Shown here one piece after another: positions 46,129 through 55,327 of a stretch of 64,000 nt of DNA (position 1 is the stretch's first letter; the number at the start of each line of letters is the position of its first letter). This stretch comes from Macrostomum hystrix (Eukaryota > Animalia > Platyhelminthes), in the NCBI GenBank assembly GCA_950097015.1, contig CATNEN010000001.1, forward strand, positions 22,940,001 through 23,004,000. Direction: 5' to 3'. The notes beneath the pieces are model-generated. The model did not search any database, had not been told where the DNA came from, and worked only from the letters and a program-made list of their open reading frames with translations. A program made the translations under genes and the position numbers.

Positions 46129-46227
46129 ATATCTGGTAAACTGAAGTGATATTTGGTAAACTCCATGGATATTTAGTAAATTAAAGGTATATTTAGTAAA
46201 CTGAAGGTATATTTAGTAAACTGAAGG
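46129..46227. repeat. 20-bp short tandem repeat (ATATTTAGTAAACTGAAGGT), about 5 units
   Basis: Read directly; also present at about 51699-51797. Confidence 0.8.
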
Positions 46228-46618
46228 GACGTTGAAGGGATAGTGGGTAAAGCAATGAGGAAATCGTCAAATCTGTGATAACTTTTCGAGAATCATTCAA
46301 TAAATTCATCACATACTACTGAAGTACTACGGGCAAGTAAGTAGTCCGTGTAGAATGTTTTCCGCATTATACATTACTTCAATCAGATTTTTAGCAATGC
46401 CATTTTCTAAATTCGTAGAAAATTAAGGCATAATTTTGGTAAGCTTAAACTGTCGCTTCTGAACACTTTACTGTAAATTAGGCATCTGGGCATGCAGTCT
46501 TTAGATTAACTAAGAATTGAGACACAATGCCTTCTTGTCGAGAAATGTAAAAGTACATTGAAATTCCTGCCTAGCGATGTTGAGATTTGGGGCTCGTGTA
46601 TTTACCTTTCCCTAATCT

Positions 46619-46825
46619 TGGGGCAGAGCATTCTAACGCGTTTACCTCTCACACCAAGGTCTCTGAGTAGCGCGACGGCGAGGCCACATTCGTTTGGGAC
46701 GCTGAAAGAAGGCTTGGTGACTTTTCGTGCACTTTACGCCCTTAAGTGCCAACCTCCAAGGCAAAGTGAAAACGTACTCTGCCTGACGATGAAAAACTTA
46801 GGGCAGATGCGCACACTTTTGTGAG
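46619..46825 (+). mobile_element. Family A SINE, degenerate (also about 52190-52396)
   Basis: CACACCAAGGTC...GAGGCCACATTCGTTTGGG...TGCCTGACGATGAAAAACTTAGGGCAGATG. Confidence 0.65.
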
Positions 46826-46845
46826 CAGTGACTTTTTCATTGCAG

Positions 46846-46928
46846 ACTCTGACATGTTTGCGGTCTCAAGCAGAGCCAGCATCAGTGTGCTCAGCAGCTT
46901 CTCAGCCTCAGCCTCAAGAGATTTTTGA
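46846..46928 (+). pseudogene. Orphan truncated copy of WSC-PAN exon 2
   Basis: Acceptor TTTTTCATTGCAG|AC, then (Y)SDMFAVSSRASISVLSSFSA with about 45 nt identical to gene 1 exon 2, then unrelated sequence and TGA. Confidence 0.75.
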
Positions 46929-47013
46929 CAGATACAATTTTTTTTAAATTAATCTCATTTTTTGTTTTTCCTGGACTGCATAACTGTGCAATCTTTGCGC
47001 AACAAGAAACGAA

Positions 47014-47505
47014 ATGAATGCTGAAGATCAGATTGAAGAAGGCGATGAATTGCTGGAAGAAGAAGGAATCGATTAATTTGAAGCAGAAGTCGATGAAGAT
47101 ATCGTGGAACAGCAGCCTCGTCGGTACGCAACTGTAAGCAACAGTGACAGAGACCGTATCATCAAGGCTGCTGATCGTGGGGATGACTTTGTGGAACTGG
47201 CGCGCCAACTTGGAGTCAAGAGGTCAACGGCGTACACAATTGTGAGGTCAGGAAGAGCTCAAAAGCAGCCCAAGGGCGGAGCCAAAAGATTTAAGTGGGA
47301 TGGAAAAATGCAGGCCCACGTACTTGGTCTCATCCAAGCGAATCCGCTTATCACGCTGAAAGAAATGAATGCTAATCAGCGCCAGCAACTCCCAGAAAGC
47401 CGCACGTAACGGAGAAAACGATCAGCGTTAAGCTTGATGGAGCTCTGTAGACCACTAAGTTGGCACGAGATCTCCCTGCAGATCGCAACTCCCCTCGTGT
47501 GATCG
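47014..47505 (+). pseudogene. Tc1/IS630-like transposase N-terminal relic, copy 1
   Basis: Paired-like HTH 'DRDRIIKA...LARQLGVKRSTAYTIV', 'KGGAK..K', 'NPLITLKEM'. After a frameshift it continues 'VTEKTISVKLDG..*TTKL....P.DRNSPRVIE'. In-frame TAA at 47074; no DDE domain. Confidence 0.75.
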
Positions 47506-48102
47506 AATACCCACTGCCTACTTCCCAATAGCTCCCAAACCGAATGACCGACCTTCATGAAAGTCCACCACATGGATCAACAGTTTCACCCTTTATGATG
47601 AACTAACTTTCAAAGCTGTCCAGCGTCAGAGAATCTTTGATTCAATGATTCTTGTCGAAGATCCTGATAGCAAGGACAACTAACATTGCTTTCTATATAC
47701 GAGCATGGCGAATCCATATTGGTTGAAAGTGTAAAAACTAACAGTAAAATAAGAAACTTAAATAAAATAATAGCCGACATAGCTACTGGATAAAATTTTA
47801 TGAGCAGAAAAGTTTTGCTTATATTGGTGGTTTTTAACCCCAGACACCCCGACGAGAATGGTTGAATATCTCGACGATGCCGATGTTTTGTTATTCTGGA
47901 AGTTGTTTCATCGGAGGCTCGCTCAACTCCCCAGCGCTAGCGTTCGTGATTGTACACATCGCGAGTGTACATGTAAGCCACCCCCTCAAGGGTGGGTAGC
48001 TTTTGCGCCTTTACATCTTCATGGCGATTGGGTGAAGATTTAGGGAAATAACGAAAAATGTAGGTATTTGAAATACCCACTTTGTCTTTCTCACTGTCAT
48101 AG
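47506..48102 (+). mobile_element. Family C TIR element (left TIR truncated); also 53077-53673
   Basis: Aligns with the copies at 30991, 37270 and 17987; right end GTAGGTATTTGAAATACCCACTTTGTCTTTCTCACTGTCATAG. Confidence 0.7.
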
Positions 48103-48210
48103 TATTACTTAGCTTTTAGGATAAGTTACTCGTACCTTTAGCTCTGATGCTCTCATACCCTCCTACAATCTTTTTTTCTTTTGTAATTGAATTGAATTTT
48201 GAGTTTGTTA

Positions 48211-49054
48211 TCTTATAACGTCATAATGATATATATTTGTATGATAAATATTTTGCCTAATAATCATTTAATTGTTGTTCTTCTCAATTTTCTACAAAAG
48301 AAGCTAATATAAAAATTTAACTGGGCATCATCATCAATAAGGAGTCCTTATCAAATGGGGGATCATTGTCAACTGGGCATCATCACCAATAAGGATTCCT
48401 TATCAACTGGGGGATCATTGCAAACTGGGGGATCATTGTCAACTGGGAGATCATTGTCAACTGGGGGATCATTGTCAACTGGGGGATCATTGTCAACTGG
48501 GGGATCATTGTCAACTAGGGGATCATGGCCAACTGGGGGATCATTGTGAACTGGGTGATCATTGTCAACTGGGGGATCATCGTCAACTGGGGTATCATTG
48601 TTAACTGGGGGATCATTGTCAACTGGGGGATCATTCTCAACTGGGGGATCATTGTCAACTGGGGGATCATTGTCAACTGGGGGATCATTGTCAACTGGGG
48701 GATCGTTGTCAACTGTGGGTTCATTGTCAACTGGGGGATCGTTGTCAACTGGGGGATCATTGTCAACTGGGGGATCATTGTCAACTGGGGGATCGTTGTC
48801 AACTGTGGGTTCATTGTCAACTGGGGGTTCATTGTCAACTGGGGGATCATTGTCAACTGGGGGATCATTGTCAACTGGGGGATCATTGTCAACTGGGGGA
48901 TCGTTGTCAACTGGGGGTTCATTGTCAACTGGGGGATCATTGTCAACTGGGGGATCATTGTAGCTTTAAAAAGCTGTAAATTCAGCTGCTAAAAAGTATA
49001 TACTAGACGAATTTAAAGTATTTCTGCTCCCCGAAGGGGGGCAAAACTTGCTAG
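48211..49054 (+). mobile_element. Putative non-autonomous Helitron with 18-bp minisatellite (copy 2; array about 48360-48960)
   Basis: Same A|TC start and hairpin + CTAG|T end as 42115-43140, with a shorter array. Confidence 0.55.
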
Positions 49055-49504
49055 TAGCTAACTACAAGTGGTCCTTGCTGATTGCAGAACGTCATCATGT
49101 TATTTTCCTCAAGATAAGGGTGACTGAGTCCAACTCTACTCCAGCCTGCTCAAACCTTGACGCAATTCTTAAGGAGTCAATAAGGCTCTCGGAGAGACGC
49201 GCCGGCGCACAGCGCGCCACACTAAATAGGGCTGGGCAAGGCCGACCCAAGAGGGTGGCGGCCCTGCGACCAGGCAACATACATATACCCCCGCACCAAT
49301 GCACAAGCCCCCAACCCCCCGGTTTAACCTCCAAACAAGCTACGCTCGGCCGGACCACAATCATACTAACACGTCAGAAATTTTATGTTTGGGAAACGGG
49401 TGGGAGAGGGATAAAAAATGGTCATTGGGTGGCATGAGGCAAGCATATAAAATACCTTTCCCGAGGATCTTTGCTTGTCCAGTCCCGGCCTTGCAAAGCT
49501 ACGC

Positions 49505-50619
49505 ATGGCAGCAGCTAGCAGGCTGCGCATCTTGGCTCTCCTGAGCATTCTCCTCGCCACATCGCCAACAACCGCGGCGGTCAGGCAGCACACTCGAGTC
49601 TATCTCGGCTGCTTCAAGGATACGCCGTCTGCTAGAGACCTGCCAGGTCTGAATGGAGTGACTGTACTTCAGGGCTACTACGTCCACTCGGTTGCCCACT
49701 GCGTCATTATGAGCAGCACAATGACCCTGGAGCTGTGCGCCAGTGTGTGCAGTCTCGGAGGATTTCCCTACATGGGCATCATGGTTGGACGGGAGTGCTA
49801 CTGCGGCTGGAGCTACGGCAGTCACGGAACAGCTGCTGCTGGAACCTGCACATCGACATGCAGCGGCAACGCTTCACAGGAATGCGGCGGAGCGCACAAG
49901 AACTCAGTCTATGAGCTGCGATACACCTGTGAGCCAGTCTGGCTAGTTTGCCTTATTACCTGAAGAAAAAACCTCACATAAAAAATTGTGCATTTGTGCC
50001 ACTCAGGTGTGTACATATGCCCCGAATTTGTCTACCTGTGTCACTGCATCTACCTGTGTCACTGTATCTACCTGTGTCACTGCATCTACCTGTGTGACAG
50101 TATCTACCTGTGTGACAGTATCTACCTGTGTGACATTATCTACCTGTGTGACAGTATCTACCTGTGTGACAGTATCTACCTGTGTGACAGTATCTACCTG
50201 TGTGACAGTATCTACCTGTGTGACAGTATCTACCTGTGTGACAGTATCTACCTGTGTCAGAGTGACAGTACATTCTCACTGCATGAGGTGTGGGGTTGGC
50301 TCTCCAGAAATTGCATGACAATCTTCCAAGCCTTTTCACCTGGGATTGGACGTGAGACTCGTACTCGTTAACCGATCTGGCCATTTTAGATTCGGAAATG
50401 TTCCAAACCTCAAGCAGAGCCAGCATCAGTGTGCTCAGCAGCTTCTCAGCCTACAGGAACGCTTCGGCAGACAGCCATGCCCAGTGCCTGATGCAGTGCG
50501 GTCCAGACTGCCAGGCTGTCATCTTCAATCAGCTGCTGCGCCGCTGCAGCTTGCTGAAGTTCGCCCTGGTGCCAACACAGCTCAGTGGCCTCGATGGCGA
50601 ATTTCTCGTCAGGTTCTGA
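49505..50619 (+). CDS. Secreted WSC + PAN/apple-like domain protein, gene 2 (217 aa, same protein as gene 1)
   Basis: Exons 49505-49928 and 50390-50619. Only a silent CCC/CCA difference from gene 1 was noticed. Confidence 0.87.
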
Positions 50620-50662
50620 CTGCCTGATCAACAGCCCGACTGAAACCTCCGACATTTGTAAA

Positions 50663-51176
50663 CCCCACTGACAGTTGTACATCCCACTGACAGTTGTACA
50701 TTCCACTGACAGTTGTACATCCCACTGACAGTTGTACATCCCACTGACAGTTGTACATTCCACTGACAGTTGTACATCCCACTGGCAGTTGTACACCCCA
50801 CTGACAGTTTTACATCCCACTGACAGTTTTACATCCCACTGACAGTTGTACACCCCACTGACAGTTTTACATCCCACTGACAGTTGTACATCCCACTGAC
50901 GGTTCTACATCCCATATATTAAAAGTTGAACATCCCACTGACAGTTGTACATCCCATATATTAAAAGCTGTACATCCCACTGACAGTTGTGCATCCCACT
51001 GACAGTTGTACATCCCACTGACAGTTGTACATCCCATATATTAAAAGTTGTACGTCCCACTGAGAGTTGTACATCCCACTGACAGTTGTACACCCCACTG
51101 ACAGTTGTACACCCCACTGACAGTTGTGCATCCCACTGACAGTTGTAGATCCCGCTGACAGTTTTAAATCCCACAG
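50663..51176. repeat. 19-bp minisatellite (CCCACTGACAGTTGTACAT)n, about 27 units
   Basis: Shorter counterpart of 44731-45605. Confidence 0.95.
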
Positions 51177-52416
51177 ACATTCGCATATTGTGGTTATTTA
51201 GCTCTTTAAGAAAGGTTTTAACCATGTTTTGGCAAAATGTGCTACTTCCAGAAGCCACGAAGTACAATACTCCAACATTTTGGACCATTCCAAAGCCATC
51301 TAAAAAAGCAGAAAAAACTTTCTGCTAATGAGAATGATTTTTTCTCTGGCATTTTGAGTTGAAAAAAATTTATAGATAGGAAAGACTTGGGGGGCAGGTG
51401 ATATTGTGTCGCTAGGCAAACAATTGGTGAAAGAGAACAGAGACGTTGTGCGGCATTAGCAACGGCTTTAGCGGCTGGTGCTTGGAGCTTGCTTCTGCAT
51501 TAATTATTCAGTCATACTTCGGGGTGGACAACTCAAATCATTTTGCCCCTTTGACCCATTGCTAAGCACACGAGGCTACGCATATATTAGGTGTGTTATA
51601 AAGCGAATCATTTTAACAAAAACAACTATATTTAAGACCTGTTGCAACTTTTTTAAATGCAGCCAATAGCAGCAAAAAAATTTTGCACGTGTATTGGAAT
51701 ATCTGGTAAACTGAAGTGATATTTGGTAAACTCCATGGATATATAGTAAACTGAAGGTATATTTAGTAAACTGAAGGTATATTTAGTAAACTGAAGGGAC
51801 GTTGAAGGGATAGTGGGTAAAGCAATGAGGAAATCGTCAAATCTGTGATAACTTTTCGAGAATCATTCAATAAATTCATCACGTACTACTGAAGTACTAC
51901 GGGCAAGTTAGTAGTCCGTGTAGAATGTTTTCCGCATTATACATTACTTCAATCAGATTTTTAGCAATGCCATTTTCTAAATTCGTAGAAAATTAAGGCA
52001 TAATTTTGGTAAGCTTAAACTGTCGCTTCTGAAAACTTTACTGTAAATTGGGCATCTGGGCATTTAGTCTTTAGTTTAACTAAGAATTGAGACACAATGC
52101 TTTCTTGTCGAGAAATGTAAAAGTACATTGAAATTCCTGCCTAGCGATGTTGAGATTTGGGGCTCGTGTATTTACCTTTCCCTAATCTTGGGGGCAGAGC
52201 GTTCTAACGCGTTTACCTCTCACACCAAGGTCTCTGAGTAGCGCGACGGCGAGGCCACATTCGTTTGGGACGCTGAAAGAAGGCTTGGTGACTTTTCGTG
52301 CCATTTACGCCCTTAAGGGCCAACCTCCAAGGCAAAGTGAAAACGTACTCTGCCTGACGATGAAAAACTTAGGGCAGATGCGCACACTTTTGTGAGCAGT
52401 GACTTTTTCATTGCAG

Positions 52417-52499
52417 ACTCTGACATGTTTGCGGTCTCAAGCAGAGCCAGCATCAGTGTGCTCAGCAGCTTCTCAGCCTCAGCCTCAAGAGATTTTTGA
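52417..52499 (+). pseudogene. Orphan truncated copy of WSC-PAN exon 2 (copy 2)
   Basis: Same as 46846-46928. Confidence 0.75.
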
Positions 52500-52584
52500 C
52501 AGATACAATTTTTTTTAAATTAATCTCATTTTTTGTTTTTCCTGGACTGCATAACTGTGCAATCTTTGCGCAACAAGAAACGAA

Positions 52585-53076
52585 ATGAATGCTGAAGATC
52601 AGATTGAAGAAGGCGATGAATTGCTGGAAGAAGAAGGAATCGATGAATTTGAAGCAGAAGTCGATGAAGATATCGTGGAACAGCAGCCTCGTCGGTACGC
52701 AACTGTAAGCAACAGTGACAGAGACCGTATCATCAAGGCTGCTGATCGTGGGGATGACTTTGTGGAACTGGCGCGCCAACTTGGAGTCAAGAGGTCAACG
52801 GCGTACACAATTGTGAGGTCAGGAAGAGCTCAAAAGCAGCCCAAGGGCGGAGCCAAAAGATTTAAGTGGGATGGAAAAATGCAGGCCCACGTACTTGGTC
52901 TCATCCAAGCGAATCCGCTTATCACGCTGAAAGAAATGAATGCTAATCAGCGCCAGCAACTCCCAGAAAGCCGCACGTAACGGAGAAAACGATCAGCGTT
53001 AAGCTTGATGGAGCTCTGTAGACCACTAAGTTGGCACGAGATCTCCCTGCAGATCGCAACTCCCCTCGTGTGATCG
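52585..53076 (+). pseudogene. Tc1/IS630-like transposase N-terminal relic, copy 2 (131-aa ORF intact up to the frameshift)
   Basis: ORF 52585-52980 has an acidic leader and HTH motifs. The frameshifted continuation is cut by the family C element. Confidence 0.75.
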
Positions 53077-53766
53077 AATACCCACTGCCTACTTCCCAAT
53101 AGCTCCCAAACCGAATGACCGACCTTCATGAAAGTCCACCACATGGATCAACAGTTTCACCCTTTATGATGAACTAACTTTCAAAGCTGTCCAGCGTCAG
53201 AGAATCTTTGATTCAATGATTCTTGTCGAAGATCCTGATAGCAAGGACAACTAACATTGCTTTCTATATACGAGCATGGCGAATCCATATTGGTTGAAAG
53301 TGTAAAAACTAACAGTAAAATAAGAAAATTAAATAAAATAATAGCCGACATAGCTACTGGATAAAATTTTATGAGCGGAAAAGTTTTGCTTATATTGGTG
53401 GTTTTTAACCCCAGACACCCCGACGAGAATGGTTGAATATCTCGACGATGCCGATGTTTTGTTATTCTGGAAGTTGTTTCATCGGAGGCTCGCTCAACTC
53501 CCCAGCGCTAGCGTTCGTGATTGTACACATCGCGAGTGTACATGTAAGCCACCCCCTCAAGGGTGGGTAGCTTTTGCGCCTTTACATCTTCATGGCGATT
53601 GGGTGAAGATTTAGGGAAATAACGAAAAATGTAGGTATTTGAAATACCCACTTTGTCTTTCTCACTGTCATAGTATTACTTAGCTTTTAGGATAAGTTAC
53701 TCGTACCTTTAGCTCTGATGCTCTCATACCCTCCTACAATCTTTTTTTGCATTCAAACATATTCAG

Positions 53767-55050
53767 GAAACGGCCGTGTCCAGATTCGGTCTCGTCTGTC
53801 ATCGCTCCTGGATGTCCAACTTGGCCACCACCTTCTACTTCGTTGGGTTTCTCTTAGGCTGCTCCCTGTACGGTGCACTGGCTGATAAGTTCAGCCGTTT
53901 GAAGATAATGGCAGCTTCGTTGGTGCACATGTCTGCCTGCACCATCGCGGCGTCGCAGGCGCCCCTCCTGTGGCTCTACTGGAGCCTGCAGCTGCTCACC
54001 GGAGCAGGCGTCGGCGGCTTCATGTCCAGCACATTCTCATTCGCGCTTGAGAACACCGATCCTGCTCATCGCAGCATCTGGGGCTTCAGCCTGCCCAATG
54101 GCTGGACTGCTGGCATCTCACTTGGCACCCTCATCGCCTACTTTGAGCGGCGATACAGTCGCCTGCTGCTGTATTATGGCCTGTCCATGATAGCCGCCAT
54201 TCCGCCTTTGCTCATGCTCAGCGAATCGCCCCGTTGGCTAGTCTCAGCCCGACGCTACAGCCAGGCTGACTCGGTGCTGCAACGCATCGCTCGAATCAAC
54301 AAGCGGTCACTGGGTGACGAGAACTTCTCATCCGAGATGACTTGCCGGAGCAGCTCTTCGAATGCGGCTAACTCGGCGAGCGCGAATGTTCTGGAGCTGC
54401 TCAAACGTCCGGGTCTGCGCCGCGTCACTGGCATTGTGTGGGCCATGTTCTTCAACGTGTCCATGGCCTACTACGGCATCTCGTTGGGCATCGGCGACCT
54501 GGGCGGCAGTATCTTTCTGAACCAGCTGATTTCAGCTGCTGTGGAGATCCCCGCCCGACTGTTGGGAATCCTGGCCAGCTACCGCATTGGTCGCAGGTTG
54601 AGCGTCATGATCTCATTCGGCTTGGTGGGCGCCTGTCTCACAGCCACCGCATTCCTGCTTGGCGACAGCCGCTACACGACAGCCCGCATTGCCACCGCCA
54701 TGACTGGCAAGTTCTGGATAACGCTAGCCTTCGACCTGTCCTGGCTCTACTCGGCTGAAGTTTTTCCTACGGTTCTTCGCAGCCTGGGACTCGGCACCGG
54801 GTCGACATTCGCCAGGGCCGGGGCGATGGTCAGCACCCTGGTGCCCGGTCTGGGCTTCGCTTGGCGTCCACTGCCGTTCCTTGTGCTGGCCGCCGGTCCG
54901 ATGCTGGTGGTCCTGCTCACAATGGCCGCGCCAGAGACCAAAGGTCGACGGCTGCCAGACAACATCGAAGACGGAGAAAGACTGGCGCTGAGTGGCGGCT
55001 GCGGCCGAAATCAGCGTGCAGACAGCAACAGCGGCGACATCGAGCTGTGA
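53767..55050 (+). CDS. SLC22-family transporter paralog lacking TM1 and most of the extracellular loop (5' exon not found, or truncated gene)
   Basis: Open frame from ETAVSRFGLVCHRSW to the stop, colinear with 35357-37096 (ADKFSR, SESPRWL, AEVFPTVLRS, PETKG). It is preceded by the acceptor-like TTTTTTTGCATTCAAACATATTCAG|. Confidence 0.75.
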   Translation, partial: ETAVSRFGLVCHRSWMSNLATTFYFVGFLLGCSLYGALADKFSRLKIMAASLVHMSACTIAASQAPLLWLYWSLQLLTGAGVGGFMSSTFSFALENTDPAHRSIWGFSLPNGWTAGISLGTLIAYFERRYSRLLLYYGLSMIAAIPPLLMLSESPRWLVSARRYSQADSVLQRIARINKRSLGDENFSSEMTCRSSSSNAANSASANVLELLKRPGLRRVTGIVWAMFFNVSMAYYGISLGIGDLGGSIFLNQLISAAVEIPARLLGILASYRIGRRLSVMISFGLVGACLTATAFLLGDSRYTTARIATAMTGKFWITLAFDLSWLYSAEVFPTVLRSLGLGTGSTFARAGAMVSTLVPGLGFAWRPLPFLVLAAGPMLVVLLTMAAPETKGRRLPDNIEDGERLALSGGCGRNQRADSNSGDIEL

Positions 55051-55126
55051 ACTGACGAACTGCATGGATGCCTGAGCTGTGAACTGACGAACTGCATGGA
55101 TGCCTGAGCTGTGAACTGACGAACTG
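55046..55126. repeat. 32-bp tandem repeat (about 2.5 units) overlapping the SLC22 stop codon
   Basis: TGTGAACTGACGAACTGCATGGATGCCTGAGC repeated. Confidence 0.85.
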
Positions 55127-55327
55127 ACTGATAGCCTATTATGATAGCCTCGATATGCCCCTCATGGTAGCATTAGTGCGGAGTCGGTTATAAATGGCGG
55201 ACAGGAAAGGCAAAACCCCTTAGCCAATAGGAGTCCAGGTCTAAGGAGAATTTAAGATGACGGACCTTTCAGCCTCGAATAAATCCTTTCTGAAAATACT
55301 TTTGAGAACAATTATTAGACATTAAAG

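Larger units (their letters stand above)
42077..48177 (+). repeat. Tandem segmental duplication, copy 1 (about 6.1 kb)
   Basis: Near-identical to 48173-53748. It differs by scattered SNPs and in minisatellite unit numbers. Confidence 0.95.
48173..53748 (+). repeat. Tandem segmental duplication, copy 2 (about 5.6 kb)
   Basis: Near-identical to 42077-48177; the junction falls in a T-run. Confidence 0.95.

Noticed and set aside
35760-53767. SLC22 paralog 1 5' half spliced to paralog 2 as its missing exon
   Set aside because: There is no phase-compatible GT donor at the homologous position (TTC CAG TCC).
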